Below are positions 33,314-45,193 of a stretch of 64,000 bases of DNA, piece after piece; position 1 is the first letter of the stretch, and each line of letters begins with the position of its first letter. Made by a program: the position numbers and the translations under genes. Source of the DNA: a virus. Its lineage: Duplodnaviria > Caudoviricetes. The notes beneath the pieces are model-generated. The model searched no databases, was not told the origin of the DNA, and worked only from the letters and a program-made list of their open reading frames with translations. The stretch is taken from the IMG/VR virus record IMGVR_UViG_2558860250_000001, positions 41,266 through 105,265 of that record. One strand, written 5' to 3'.

Positions 33314-34507
33314 GTGGTGCGATTGAGTCTGGAACGCAAACCGGATGAATCGGTGTTTGAGTACAAACTGCGCATATGTCGCGAGTTAGACGGAGTGAAA
33401 ACGTGGCAGGAGATAGCCGATATTGTCAACGATGAATTGGGTACGGAGTTTGGAGAGTCAGCCATACGCAAATGGTACGTGCCGATTAGACAGTACATGG
33501 ATTATCAACGTGACCATGGCAGCACAGACAATGAGTTGTTGCAACAGATTAAGGATGAACAGTTGCGACTGGAAAAGTTAAAAGTACAGGTGGCGGATGA
33601 ACGTCGTGCATATAAGGCAATAGTTCGTGAGTCGGCCAGGTTTGATAATATCATCGACAAGTTGAAATCGTCATTTGATGAGTTGGCGACACTTAAGCCG
33701 TTGGAGTGGTCGAAGCCACAAACGTACATATCGAATACAGATGGCGTGGTGCTATGGTCGGATTGGCACTACGGAGCATTCGCGGACAACTATTTCAACC
33801 AGTTTAACAATGATGTATTCAAGCGACGGTTGGATAAGTTGATATCTAAGACGATACAGTATGGCACGTTTAATGGGATCGAGACGCTACATGTGATGAA
33901 CCTCGGTGACAGTATAAGCGGCCACATTCACGTATCAACACGTATTCAGTCAACGGAAAACGTGATTAGTCAGACACAGCATGTGAGCGAGTACATAAGT
34001 GAAGCGTTAGTTGAGTTATGTAGACACTTTGGCAATGTAAAATATTATCATGTTCGTGGAAATCATGACAGAGTTAACCATTTATCTAAGGATACCAACA
34101 TTAGCGCAGAGTCATTTTCGGATTTGATTCCGTGGTATGTGTCGGCACGTACAGGACATGTACGCAACTTGGAAATCATGGAGAACCCATACGATGATGA
34201 GATTGCAGTTGCTGATGTACAGGGTCATATTTGTTTAGGAATCCACGGGCACAAAGATAAGTTGAACAATGTGGCGGCTGATTTAACGTTGATGTTAGGT
34301 GTGAAACCAGCGTCGATATTCTTAGGACATTACCATCACAGCGCTGAACGTGAATCAACTGGCGGAATTGATGTAATACAAAATCCATCGTACATAGGAA
34401 CCGACGAATACTCGCGCAACATACGCAAGACAAGTAAACCGGCACAAAAGATGCTGATATACTCACGCGATGAAGGCAGGATTTGCACATATAACATCGG
34501 GCTGTAA
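33314..34507 (+). CDS. Calcineurin-like metallophosphoesterase with N-terminal HTH/coiled coil
   Basis: SDWHYG, LGD, GNHDR, HGH, GHYHH. Confidence 0.85.
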   Translation: MVRLSLERKPDESVFEYKLRICRELDGVKTWQEIADIVNDELGTEFGESAIRKWYVPIRQYMDYQRDHGSTDNELLQQIKDEQLRLEKLKVQVADERRAYKAIVRESARFDNIIDKLKSSFDELATLKPLEWSKPQTYISNTDGVVLWSDWHYGAFADNYFNQFNNDVFKRRLDKLISKTIQYGTFNGIETLHVMNLGDSISGHIHVSTRIQSTENVISQTQHVSEYISEALVELCRHFGNVKYYHVRGNHDRVNHLSKDTNISAESFSDLIPWYVSARTGHVRNLEIMENPYDDEIAVADVQGHICLGIHGHKDKLNNVAADLTLMLGVKPASIFLGHYHHSAERESTGGIDVIQNPSYIGTDEYSRNIRKTSKPAQKMLIYSRDEGRICTYNIGL

Positions 34508-34544
34508 AGTAGGTGATCTCCGTTGTTATTAGACACTCATATAA

Positions 34545-34860
34545 GCGTAAAATGGAACAGTTCTACTCGCTCGTGGTATCAAAGCAAAGGCTATACATTC
34601 ACTAATTATGGAGAAGAATATCGCCGATTTAACTCCTAGCAGCAATCAAAGGATTAAGTTAGTATGTGATTATTGCGGGAAACAATACGACAAAAAATAC
34701 TGCGATTACACCAAACAAAAACAAGTGTGTATTGTTGAATCTGATTCGTGTGTTAAAGAAACTATTAATAAAAAGTACGGATGCGACAATGTGTTTCAAC
34801 TTGATCGTCGAAATACCGAGATATAAGGAAAATAAAACGAGAAGACATCATTTGAGGTGA
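34545..34860 (+). pseudogene. Fragmented zinc-ribbon homing-endonuclease-like remnant
   Basis: Pieces WYQSKGYTFT, CDYCGK and KKYGCDNVFQ lie in different frames. Confidence 0.45.
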
Positions 34861-35014
34861 AGACGTGTTTCAACGACAGTATTCAATGGTTGTACTGTTC
34901 GGGCTGGTGATTGACACAACGATACATAATTGGTGGCTGCAATTGTTAGTTTTTATCGCAATTATATTGGCAGATGAAATAGGGTATCGATTAACGCGGA
35001 GGAGATAACATGTC

Positions 35015-35287
35015 ATGACTTACAACTTTGATGACGACTACAAGACGGCAATACATCAATTTCAACAGTACGTGGACGCAATTATCAATAATATAAATTT
35101 AGCACGTAAGAGTGGCACACCGATACCATTAGAAGAACGTTTGCGTCGAGTAGGTGAATTAACTGATGCGTGGATGGAACACAGTGTAAGTACATATGGG
35201 CCAGATGTGACAGATGAGCATCAACGTTTTACATATACGCCACCAACATACCAATTAGACCGATTGGCGAGTGTGATATTGCAATGA
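35015..35287 (+). CDS. Hypothetical phage protein
   Basis: GGAGGAG RBS; 90 aa. Confidence 0.55.
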   Translation: MTYNFDDDYKTAIHQFQQYVDAIINNINLARKSGTPIPLEERLRRVGELTDAWMEHSVSTYGPDVTDEHQRFTYTPPTYQLDRLASVILQ

Positions 35288-35442
35288 TGACGATAGGTGA
35301 ACTGCGTGACCGTACCCGTGACATTTTAGTGATGGAAATTTCGAGTGGAAGGCCTGTAATTGATAATATGCACAAGTATTTTTCGCTATATTACGTATCA
35401 TGTAGTCTACCAGGCACCCGCGAATACTTACAGCGATGAGGG

Positions 35443-36234
35443 ATGATGATGCAACTTCGCCAAAAGGGGTATCAAATTGTTGATGATGAATCATACGCAG
35501 CATATCTCCAAGGTGAACGATTGGATGAGTTGGTAAATAATGAATACATAATCAACAATGACAAGGCGATGCGGTTCGACGGTGAAAACTTAATCAATCT
35601 GACATGGCCGACATTCAAGGATAAATTCAAACCGCGCAACCTGTTGCAGCAATGTGCGTTCGATTTGATGAACAACTTCGATATTCCCGTGAAAGTGTTG
35701 TGTGGATTGGCTGGCGGTGGAAAGACGAAAATTGGACTTAAATTTGCGATGGAACATTTGCGTACGAATAAAGTTGATAAGGTGGTAATTGTACGCAATA
35801 ACACGTCGATGGGAGAGGATTTGGGGGCGTTCAAAGGTAATAAAGACGCGAAGGTATTCAATTGGATGAAGCCGATTCGTGATGTTGCTCCCGATATGTT
35901 CCAATTCGATTACGAGAAGCCAACGTTTGATATTGAGTTCGAAGTCCCAGGGATGCTAATGGGAAGAGATTTCCAACGTACCGCAGTGTTGGTTGATGAT
36001 GCACAACTGCTTACCACTGAGATGGTGAAAATGTGTGGAGAACGCATTGGCGAAGGTTCATATATAGTATTCTTGGGCGATTACAACCAAGCGTACAAGG
36101 CGAAGTTTAAAAAGGATAATGGCTTAGTTGCGATGATTGAACAATTTTATCCACATAAGTTATTCGGCATGGTCGAGTTCAATAAGTCCGAACGTGGTGC
36201 CGTGGCAGAATTGTTTGCAACGATGGAGGTGTGA
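35443..36234 (+). CDS. phoH: PhoH-family ATPase
   Basis: PRNLLQ, GLAGGGKT, GRDF, DDAQ, RIGEGS, GDYNQ, SERG. Confidence 0.88.
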   Translation: MMMQLRQKGYQIVDDESYAAYLQGERLDELVNNEYIINNDKAMRFDGENLINLTWPTFKDKFKPRNLLQQCAFDLMNNFDIPVKVLCGLAGGGKTKIGLKFAMEHLRTNKVDKVVIVRNNTSMGEDLGAFKGNKDAKVFNWMKPIRDVAPDMFQFDYEKPTFDIEFEVPGMLMGRDFQRTAVLVDDAQLLTTEMVKMCGERIGEGSYIVFLGDYNQAYKAKFKKDNGLVAMIEQFYPHKLFGMVEFNKSERGAVAELFATMEV

Positions 36235-36240
36235 TGCGGA

Positions 36241-36924
36241 TTGAGTGAGATGTTGGGCGGCGTGATGCTAAATCGGATATATCAAATTCCGTGCGAAGAT
36301 GGATTGAAATTGTTACCGGATGAAAGTGTTGATTTGGTGATCGCCGATCCTCCGTACGGTATTAAATTCAGAAGCAACATACGCAAGGTACGATTCGATG
36401 CAATCGATAACGATGATACATTCAATTTCGATTGGATTGACGAAGCGTATCGTGTTCTCAAAGTTGGGGGGGCAATATACTGCTACACAAGATGGGATGT
36501 TTACCCACAATGGTTCGATAAAATCACCGATAAATTCAAGGTAAAAAACACTATTGTATGGTACAAAAAGGGTGGCGGCCTTGGTGATTTACGTGGCGCG
36601 TACATGTTTAATCACGAATTTATCATATATGGTGTAAAGGGTCGGCACGTGTTAAATGGCAAGCGTACAAATGATGTGTGGGAGATACAAAAGGATAGTG
36701 TCAATTCATATGAACACCCGACGCAGAAGCCGTTGGCATTGAGTCAACGCATAATCGAGAAGTCGTCCAACGAAGGTGACATAGTATTGATACCATTTTG
36801 CGGAAGTGGTAGCGAGTGTGTATCTGCTACGACATTGAAACGTAACTTTGTATCATTTGAGACAAATCCACAATACATAGAAATTGCCAATAAACGGTTA
36901 GACAACATTGAGGAGGCGACTTAA
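36241..36924 (+). CDS. N4/N6 DNA methyltransferase (beta class)
   Basis: DPPY, HPTQKP, PFCGSG. Confidence 0.92.
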   Translation: MSEMLGGVMLNRIYQIPCEDGLKLLPDESVDLVIADPPYGIKFRSNIRKVRFDAIDNDDTFNFDWIDEAYRVLKVGGAIYCYTRWDVYPQWFDKITDKFKVKNTIVWYKKGGGLGDLRGAYMFNHEFIIYGVKGRHVLNGKRTNDVWEIQKDSVNSYEHPTQKPLALSQRIIEKSSNEGDIVLIPFCGSGSECVSATTLKRNFVSFETNPQYIEIANKRLDNIEEAT

Positions 36925-37713
36925 TGGACGATGACAACAAGTATCTACTGTCCGAGATATACATGAGTCGAATCAATAGCATTTTGTCATCGGTTAACAA
37001 TGCAACTGAAGCGGTGAGTAATGCAATGGTAGCACTCACACAGGCGATGCATAATGTGCACGTTGCTGTAGGATTGATGGATGCCGAATTGTCGGCTATT
37101 GAAGCAGAACGTACGACATGGGAAATAGAGTTTGGCGATGATGGCAGTGGAGGGATGATTAATTAGTGCGTGATGCTATGGGTGGATAGGGTGGGAACAT
37201 GGATGAGGAGGTGATAGAGTGAATATTTTGGATCGTATCAACGAATTAGCAGACGGTACTGAACGTCCAATTATTGTGCTGACGCAGAATGAATATGATA
37301 TGTTGGTTAAATATTGTAGTACGGACGATTCGGGAACGTGGAACATAACTTCTATAGTATTGAAAGACGGGAGAATTGCAGACATCAAAATAATGGGAGG
37401 AGATGGATCAATGAATAACGCTAAAGCATATCGACCATTGGGTGATGAGGTATTGAAGTATCACGTACCCACGGAATCATCCGGAAAGATTATCGACACT
37501 GTGGACAACATTTTAAATCTGGTATGGGATTTAGATAGAGAAACATGGAGATTGAACGGTAGCGTTTATGGAGGATCTGTCAATTTTGATGGAGATAGTG
37601 GAAGTGGATTTCCAGTATCATTGCAAGATAAATTGTTATGTATCGAACGTGCGCTAAAGGAGACACGCAATACACTTGTAAATCTAGCTGACCAATTCGA
37701 TGCAAGGGGATGA
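36924..37713 (+). CDS. Two hypothetical proteins (36924-37166, 37219-37713)
   Basis: Coupled ORFs with RBSs. Confidence 0.55.
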
Positions 37714-40489
37714 TAGTGTGGCATATACATTTAAAAGTGACGTTAAATTTACACCAGGTGGATTGGATGAATTATTGGCGTTGGATAGGTATGTAGTATC
37801 TACTAACAACTCTAATGTTATTGATGTCGATGACACAGTAGTTGTTTTGGTGGATAAACAAAAAGACATACGCAAAGTTGGCACGGTTGTACATAAAGGT
37901 ACGAATACCTTCACAATTGAATCGCGAGAAGGTGATACATACACGGTTGATGCGGAAATGGTATCTAAGCCTCTTGAGCATACACCTCAAGAATTATGGG
38001 AACGATGGTCATACGGGGCGGCAAGTGTAGAAACTGATGAAAAAGTTAGGATGGTAATGTTAGATCGCTATCGTAAATTGTTAGACGGATTCGGATATAG
38101 TCCAGGTGGTCGAATCCAATTGATGTTGGGGCAGGAATTACGAACAGGTGTTAAGGCGAATTTGACGGGGTACAATTGTTTCGTGTTAGGTACACCACAA
38201 CCGTCAAATGTAGCGGTTGACCAATTCATCAATGTTTTGAAGGCTGCACATGAAGAAGCTATGACGATGCGCGTCGGCGGTGGCGTTGGGTTTAACATCA
38301 GCGAAATTCAAACGATATCCGGCGCAGGAGATATCAAAATCGAATTTAATCTCCCTGTAGACCATAAGGATTACGACGAGTTACAGGATAAGATTAAAAT
38401 TGGTAAGTTTGCACATGTACATATCAATGATGAGAAGTATGGCGATTTTTATAGTTCATTGAAATATATTGTGGATGATAGCATCGAAGGGCTATTCACA
38501 GCGATGATCGATATGGTTAAATATGCGTATGAACGTCCATCTAAACCAATTACATTAGATTTTTCGCGTGTACGCCATCGTCGTGCTATCGTCAAAGGTG
38601 TAAATGGTAGGTCTTCTGGTGCAGTATCGTGGATGGAATTGTTTGACTTGATTGTATCGTTACTGAAACAAGATGAGATTGATGCGGTTGATTTTGCTGA
38701 AGTATTTAGTACCGTAACCAATTTAATTGAACAAGGCGGTTCGCGTCGTGGTGCGCTGATGCTTATCCTCGAAATGAGGCGTCGTGGCATTGTGCGTAAG
38801 TTTATTACGCGTAAACGTACAGTTGGCAAACTGACTGGTGCGAACATTAGTGTTGGTATTGACGATGCGTTTATGGATCAACTGGACGCAGGTGACGAAG
38901 ATGCAACAGAATTGTGGAATCTAATTACGGAATCCGCATGGTCATCTGCTGAACCAGGGATTGTATGGTTAGAACGGTGCAATGCAGAATCGAATAGTTG
39001 GTATTTCAATCCGCTCGTAGCAACAAATCCATGTGGTGAACAACCACTTCCACAATACGGTGTGTGTAATTTGGGGCATATTGTATTACCGCGTTACGCA
39101 AAGGGAGAACGAATTGGCCAATACAAAATGGACTGGGATGCACTCGAATATGCAGCACGCACCGGATTGCGTTTCCAAGATGCAGTGATTGATTATACTG
39201 ACTATTTCTTGCCACAGAATCGAGATGTGCAATTATCCGAACGACGTGTTGGCATGGGTACGATGGGACTCGGTACGTTGTTAATTCTACTCGGTATTAA
39301 ATACGGCTCACCTGAATCTGTCGAGTTTATTGATGAATTGTATAGCAAAATTGCATATTGGGCGTATGATGAGTCAATCAAATTGGCAAGTGAAAAAGGT
39401 TCGTTTGCCAAGTTTGAATATGAGAAATTTATCCAATCAGGTTTTATGAAGCGGTTAACTAAGCGCTATCCTGATTTGTTGCCCAAATTAAAAGAACACG
39501 GGATTCGCAACGTTACCATTTTAACCCAAGCGCCTACCGGCAGTACGGGTACGATGATTGATAATTTACAAGGGTATGACACATCGACAGGCATTGAGCC
39601 ATATTTCAGTTGGTCGTATTGGCGGGCTAGTCGCGGTGGTGGCGTGACGGAACAAGCGGTAGAATTGGTGGCTAAATATCGTGCCGAAAATGGCTTGAGT
39701 GATACCGATCCGTTGCCAGACTACTTTGTGACGGCGATGGAGTTGACACCGGAAGAACATGTGCGCGTACAGGCTGCATGTCAGAAGTGGGTGGACAGCG
39801 CGATTAGTAAAACGGCAAACGCTCCATCCGATTATACAGTTGAAGATGTCGATAAATTGTATAGGCTTGGTTACAAATTAGGTTTGAAAGGAATCACAAT
39901 TTATCGCGACGGATCAAGGCAAGCTCAAGTGTTAGCAACCAATGAGGAGGACGCGAAGTTAGAATCGCATATTGAGGCTGAGAAGATTGAAGAGGCTAAA
40001 TCAGGGGCAAGTGCTGACGATACACCACAACCGAAAATTACAAAGCGTCCAGCACGGCTATTCGGATTTACCGAGAAGGTACGTGTACCACTTAATAGTG
40101 ACGGCAAATTCGGAAAGGTGTACATCACAATAAATGTGGATGCGGACAATGGATTGCCGGTTGAAGTGTTTGTTAATGCAAATGATGCCGAATTAAGGTC
40201 GACTGGTGCAGCGTTAGGGCGTATGACAACACAATTCCTGCGATTCGGATGTACCCAGGATAACGTTGAACAAGCCGTCAAACATTTGCGCAAAGGCGAA
40301 CACATGGGTACATTGCCATTTGTTATTGCGTCGTTACTTGAGCGTGTAGCATATGGCAAGATTGCATTCCCTGGTGTGCCGCAGCAGAAGCCAAAGTTGG
40401 CGTTGCGTGAATGTCCAAAGTGTAACGAGAACACATACGACAAAGGTTCATGCGTGTGTGTATCATGTGGTTATAGCAGTTGTAATTAA
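37700..40489 (+). CDS. nrdJ: Class II (adenosylcobalamin-dependent) ribonucleotide reductase
   Basis: PGGRI, NCFV, GGSRRGA, TNPCGEQ, CNLG, APTGS, VDSAISKT, KGITIYRDGSR, C-terminal zinc ribbon. Confidence 0.93.
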   Translation: MQGDDSVAYTFKSDVKFTPGGLDELLALDRYVVSTNNSNVIDVDDTVVVLVDKQKDIRKVGTVVHKGTNTFTIESREGDTYTVDAEMVSKPLEHTPQELWERWSYGAASVETDEKVRMVMLDRYRKLLDGFGYSPGGRIQLMLGQELRTGVKANLTGYNCFVLGTPQPSNVAVDQFINVLKAAHEEAMTMRVGGGVGFNISEIQTISGAGDIKIEFNLPVDHKDYDELQDKIKIGKFAHVHINDEKYGDFYSSLKYIVDDSIEGLFTAMIDMVKYAYERPSKPITLDFSRVRHRRAIVKGVNGRSSGAVSWMELFDLIVSLLKQDEIDAVDFAEVFSTVTNLIEQGGSRRGALMLILEMRRRGIVRKFITRKRTVGKLTGANISVGIDDAFMDQLDAGDEDATELWNLITESAWSSAEPGIVWLERCNAESNSWYFNPLVATNPCGEQPLPQYGVCNLGHIVLPRYAKGERIGQYKMDWDALEYAARTGLRFQDAVIDYTDYFLPQNRDVQLSERRVGMGTMGLGTLLILLGIKYGSPESVEFIDELYSKIAYWAYDESIKLASEKGSFAKFEYEKFIQSGFMKRLTKRYPDLLPKLKEHGIRNVTILTQAPTGSTGTMIDNLQGYDTSTGIEPYFSWSYWRASRGGGVTEQAVELVAKYRAENGLSDTDPLPDYFVTAMELTPEEHVRVQAACQKWVDSAISKTANAPSDYTVEDVDKLYRLGYKLGLKGITIYRDGSRQAQVLATNEEDAKLESHIEAEKIEEAKSGASADDTPQPKITKRPARLFGFTEKVRVPLNSDGKFGKVYITINVDADNGLPVEVFVNANDAELRSTGAALGRMTTQFLRFGCTQDNVEQAVKHLRKGEHMGTLPFVIASLLERVAYGKIAFPGVPQQKPKLALRECPKCNENTYDKGSCVCVSCGYSSCN

Positions 40490-40509
40490 AACAATATATT
40501 ACACTCTTG

Positions 40510-40536
40510 GGTACGTCGGTGATGGCGTACCTTTTA
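40510..40536 (+). terminator. Intrinsic terminator after nrdJ
   Basis: GGTACGTC..GGCGTACC stem followed by TTTT. Confidence 0.7.
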
Positions 40537-40612
40537 TATTATATAATGATTGCAATTGTATGATACAGTTGATATAATGAGTGTAGGAACAAATTACATA
40601 TTGAAAGGGTGA

Positions 40613-40972
40613 GATGAGATTAAGTTTCGCGCGTGGGATGTCCTCGACAAGCGGATGTTGGAGTGGGGTGATATATTCCACCTGCCTGCATGGGAAATCT
40701 TCCCTGGCACTCCAGAGCAACGGGCGTTTGAAATCATGCAATATACGGGTTTGCGCGACAAGTACGGAAAGGATATTTACGAGGGAGATATTATTCGTAG
40801 TTACGACGAATTTGGTAAGCCGTTTCCTTGGTTGAGTGTGGTTTCGTATAGTACACAACAGGCGCGTTTCATGGGAATAGCCCCAGACTATATCAATCTA
40901 CAAGAAGTCATCGGCAACATCTACGAGAACCCAGACCTGTTGAGGAGTGAGGAAAATGAGAGTAACAGATGA
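40613..40972 (+). CDS. YopX-family protein (start region out of frame)
   Basis: EIKFRAWD...MQYTGLRDKYGKDIYEGDII...EVIGNIYENPDLL; in-frame TGA at 40610 and out-of-frame ATG at 40614. Confidence 0.85.
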   Translation, partial: DEIKFRAWDVLDKRMLEWGDIFHLPAWEIFPGTPEQRAFEIMQYTGLRDKYGKDIYEGDIIRSYDEFGKPFPWLSVVSYSTQQARFMGIAPDYINLQEVIGNIYENPDLLRSEENESNR

Positions 40973-41131
40973 ACGACTAGCGGAAATTCAATCGTTACCA
41001 CTTGTGCCGTTTGGCAAAGAAATATTAGACATCATAGCAGACCTACAAGATGCCAGGGCGGAGATAGCGCGGTTGAAACGCATCGCGGATGGTGGTCAGT
41101 TACCAGATTTCGCCTGGGAGGATGAATTCTG

Positions 41132-41530
41132 ATGCCACAGTACGATTGGGAGACAATGACTTTTGAAGAAAAACACCACCTTCTAGCGGAAAAAGTGATG
41201 GAGTGGACAGTTGGAGAGCACCCTGAATTGCATGGAACTGGACAGATGATGGTGGAGTATGAGGAGCCTGTGTACTTCCGACAGGATGGAACATTCCTCT
41301 GCGAATGTGAATGGTATCCGACGGAAGACATATCCGCAGCGTGGGAAGTGGTGGAGAAGATGAAACAGGACGGATGGTTGCCAAGTATTGAATACTTCGA
41401 AAAGGCGATTAGAAAAGGGTACGAAGTTACGATGGGCCACATGTCAGAGGACGCTCAATGGGCTATATCTGAAACGGCACCCGAAGCCATTTGTCTCGCT
41501 GCCCTGCGTGCAAAAGGAGTAGATGTGTGA
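41132..41530 (+). CDS. Phage ABA-sandwich (BC1872-like) protein
   Basis: PTEDISAAWEVVEKM...TAPEAICLAAL. Confidence 0.8.
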   Translation: MPQYDWETMTFEEKHHLLAEKVMEWTVGEHPELHGTGQMMVEYEEPVYFRQDGTFLCECEWYPTEDISAAWEVVEKMKQDGWLPSIEYFEKAIRKGYEVTMGHMSEDAQWAISETAPEAICLAALRAKGVDV

Positions 41531-41649
41531 TGGCTAAACGCAAGGTCAGACAGCAACGTCGATTTTGGGAATGGCAATGGGTGTATCCAGAGCATGGCCC
41601 ACGTTACATGATGCCGACATGGCAAGTTAAACGGAATGGACGGTGACAA

Positions 41650-44600
41650 GTGATGGCACTTACACGAGAACAGGTGGAAGCCATAGTCACTATTGGAGAA
41701 AAGACAGGGTACGAGGACTTGGTTGAGGTAGCGCGGGATTGGTTGCAAAAGGACGAGCAGAATCGGCGGATGCGTGCGGCGCTGGAACAAATATCGATAA
41801 CTACGGATGAGATATACGGGGTCGAATTTGCATCCGCGTCATCCATAATCGCACGCAAAGCACTCGCAGACATAGATGCAGACGTATGTACAGTGTGTAG
41901 CGGTACAAGGTTAGTCGAAGTTACGACGCGTGAAGGTCAAAAAGAACACGGTGAAATCATTCGCGTTCAAGTACCGTGTGCCAAGTGTAGCGGAGCAGAC
42001 GCAGAAGATGGTGGTGTGGAATGAGTCATTTCCTGTACGAAGCAGGCTTATGGATACTCGTTATCGTTGAATGCTTCTTTGCATTGATTATGCTGGCATT
42101 CTTCATATTCGGCGGACGGATTAGGTGGTCGATTGAACTAAACGGGCCAATGCGATTTATGTCTGCCAAGAACCACGAGGACGATACAGAAGGGAAGCGG
42201 TCAGAGTGATTACATCTGACGGAAAGACGCAGGAAACAGTTGTATATCGGCATTACAAAGGCAATCGGTACGTTGTAATTGCTGAAGCTCCTCACACTGA
42301 AACAGGCGAATTGTTTGTCATATATCACCGCGAAGATGGAACTCCTGGTGTTTGGGCTAGACCATACGAAATGTTTCATGGATACACGGAATCGGGCATA
42401 AAACGATTCGAACGGATTTATGAGAGTGCGACAGGCGTGCCGTTGTGTCCTAAGTGCTGGAAACCAACTGTTACAAATGGTCAATATTGCTCTGTGGAAT
42501 GCGCAACGGGCGGTGATTCGGAGTGACCGACGCACAGCGGTTGGAAGAGATACGTGGAAGACATGGAATACACGCGAAATACCACGATACCGCACGTTGC
42601 AACCAGTGTTTCCTTCTATCGCAACTCGACGAAGCCAATCAGACGATAGCAGACTTACGCGAGAGCCGACAAGCTATTTATGACCGAGCTATCCAGCATG
42701 AGAACACGATAGCGGAGAAAGACGCCGAGAATCGTAGGTTGCGCGAGGCGTTGGAGTTAGCAGAGACAGCTATTCGAAACGGAGACCATCCAGAGCTTGT
42801 ATTAGTACACATCCAGCAAGCGCTCGAAGACATAGACGCAGGTAGATATGCAACGCCTCAACAATCGCTTGAGGATTCTTTGAAGCAAATGAAGAAAATT
42901 CGAAACGGTGAGTTGCCTAAGACGACATGGCACGAGTTTAAACGTGAGTTAGACGCAGAGGATGGTGATTCAGATTGACGTAATACAGACTGGAATTATC
43001 GTCAAAACGTGAATATTACATAGCGGTGAATGCTGTCAACGAGTATCGTCGACTTATATGGCAACGTGAACAGATTACTAAATTTCTTGAAAGCAAACAG
43101 TTCCACATGGGCGATTATGTCATCAAGAAAGGAACGTCGTACTTTGATGGCGTGTTCGGAACTGGTGAAGGCGAGATCGGAAAGATCGTTGGCTGGGACT
43201 TCGAGAACAATTACTACAGGGTGTATTACAGCGAGCAAAACCCATATATCGGCGTTAGAGAAGAGAATCTGGAATTGTATGAAAGCGAAGTCCCGGAGCA
43301 TTTGCAACGTTGTAAGCCATTTGACCCAGAACGGATTTGGGTGAAAGTGTGTGATTCAGACGGATGCAGAGTCGGTATATAACGAACGAAAGTTAGCTGA
43401 AATTCGAGACAGACACGATGAATGGAGGGCGAACCATTACTACCTAGATATCGGGTTCCTTCTCGCTCAACTCGACAAAGCCAATCAGACGATAGCTCGC
43501 TTTGAAGCGGACGATGAGCGCTTGCAGGCTATGCATACCGAGTCAGAAGCAAGGTTGCGGCAATTGTTGGCGGAGAAGGACGCTGAGATAGAGCGGTTGA
43601 ACGATGTGATTCGGACGTTAGGGCTGGCGCTGAATTCCGCAGTCAAACCTCGAAATCCAGAACATCTTACTATCAAACTGTCTGATCACAGTGAGCCAGA
43701 AGGAAGTAGGTGACAACGTATGACGGATGCACAGCGATTGGAAGAGATACGTGAGCATTTACATCACAATCGAGTTTTGCATGAAAGTGACGCGCAGTTC
43801 CTTCTCTCGAAACTCGACGCAGCCAATCGGATGCTAGCGAAGAAAAATATGGAAATAAAACGGCTGCGCAAAGAACTAGAATGGATTCGCGATCATGTAC
43901 TATGGGGAAATGCTGACATTACCTGTATAAAGGTGCATGACAGGGCTATTCTGGCACTCTTTGAGGCTAGCAGAACATATGCAGAGGATGGTGAAGTAGA
44001 TGGGGAAACGGAGTAATCCAGAGGAATTTTGGCGACACATAAAAACCAAAGGAGCGGCCAGAATGACGGACGCAGAATTGCGTAGGTTCATCGACGATAA
44101 TGATGGCCTTGGGCCAGCAATGGCGCACAAGCTCATGGATAAACTTGACGAAGCCAATCGGACGATAGCGGAACTAGAGAAACGGGCGCGAGAAAGCTAT
44201 GCGGACGGATACCAACAAGGCCGTTTTGACGAAGATATGGCATGGTTGTATGAGGGGAAACGCGACAAGACGATAGCGGAGTTACGCGAGAGCCGACAAG
44301 TGATTTACGACCGAGCTATCCAACATGAGAACACGATAGCGAAGAAAGACGCAGAAATCGAGCGGTTGCGCGAGGCGTTGGAAGCATTGGACAGACGTGG
44401 AGGACTAGGATACGAGTGGCATTACATGATAAGCCAAGCCCTTGCAGGCATAGAAGCAGGTAGCGGAGCAGACAAGGGGGAAGGGTGATGTGTAATGGGA
44501 CTACAAAATGAGTTGCCCACGAAACTTGACTATGAAACAGAACGCTCAATCCCAGTCGGACTACACAATGTACTCGACTTCCAGCGACTTAGCGTGCGTT

Positions 44601-45141
44601 TGTGGAATCAGCCTAACCACACTGCTAGGGAGCGAAGACTGTTCGAAAAGTTGATGCAGTGGAACAACGTTTTGGTGGCACGAAAGAGTGGATACGTATG
44701 GTGTGGTTGGTGCAAGGATCGAGGGTATCGGTACCTACCTCGCGGTATCGTCACGTGTGAATGTGCTGCCACAGGTCACGCAGAGATGCGACGTCTAAAG
44801 TTCAGGGTTTTAGGCAGGAGAGCATACGTAAAGGACGGTGACAAAGCATGACCGACGGGCGGGTGTTGAGCAAACAAAGCATTCGTCAACGCGAGAAGGA
44901 TGCAATATTGTGGCTCGAATGCAATCCAGATGACTTGAAAACGAAGCGAGAGTTAGATTTATTCGCCACCATCCGTGACCTTCAATGCCAGTTGTCGGAG
45001 TTAAAGGACACAAATGAAATATTACGCGATAACATGCACCAAGCATTCGGTTACATGGCACAGTGTCCCCAATGTCGCGGTATCTTGCCGGATCATGCAG
45101 ATGGCTGCGCGTTATACGAGGCGATGGAGGCAACCAAATGA
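41650..45141 (+). CDS. Cluster of small mosaic paralogous coiled-coil proteins and other hypotheticals
   Basis: Recurrent MTDAQRLEEIR, FLLSQLDEANQTIA and EKDAEIERLR blocks. Confidence 0.65.
42206..42526 (+). CDS. DUF1653 protein
   Basis: YRHYKGNRYVV..A.HTETGE..V.Y...WARPYEMF...RF. Confidence 0.85.
   Translation: MITSDGKTQETVVYRHYKGNRYVVIAEAPHTETGELFVIYHREDGTPGVWARPYEMFHGYTESGIKRFERIYESATGVPLCPKCWKPTVTNGQYCSVECATGGDSE
42643..44380 (+). repeat. About 110-bp near-identical intragenic direct repeat (about 42643-42750 and 44268-44380)
   Basis: TTACGCGAGAGCCGACAAG..ATTTA.GACCGAGCTATCCA.CATGAGAACACGATAGCG.AGAAAGACGC in both copies. Confidence 0.8.
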
Positions 45142-45193
45142 ACGGTGGACCCGCAGAATTATTTATTGACGGTAATAGGATTGGTGAAGTCGC

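Noticed and set aside
37700-40489. Intein or intron in nrdJ
   Set aside because: The ORF is continuous, with no C...HN/C splice motifs and no endonuclease domain.
42643-44380. DGR template/variable repeat pair or CRISPR array
   Set aside because: No reverse transcriptase, mismatches are not adenine-specific, and the repeats are intragenic and irregularly spaced.
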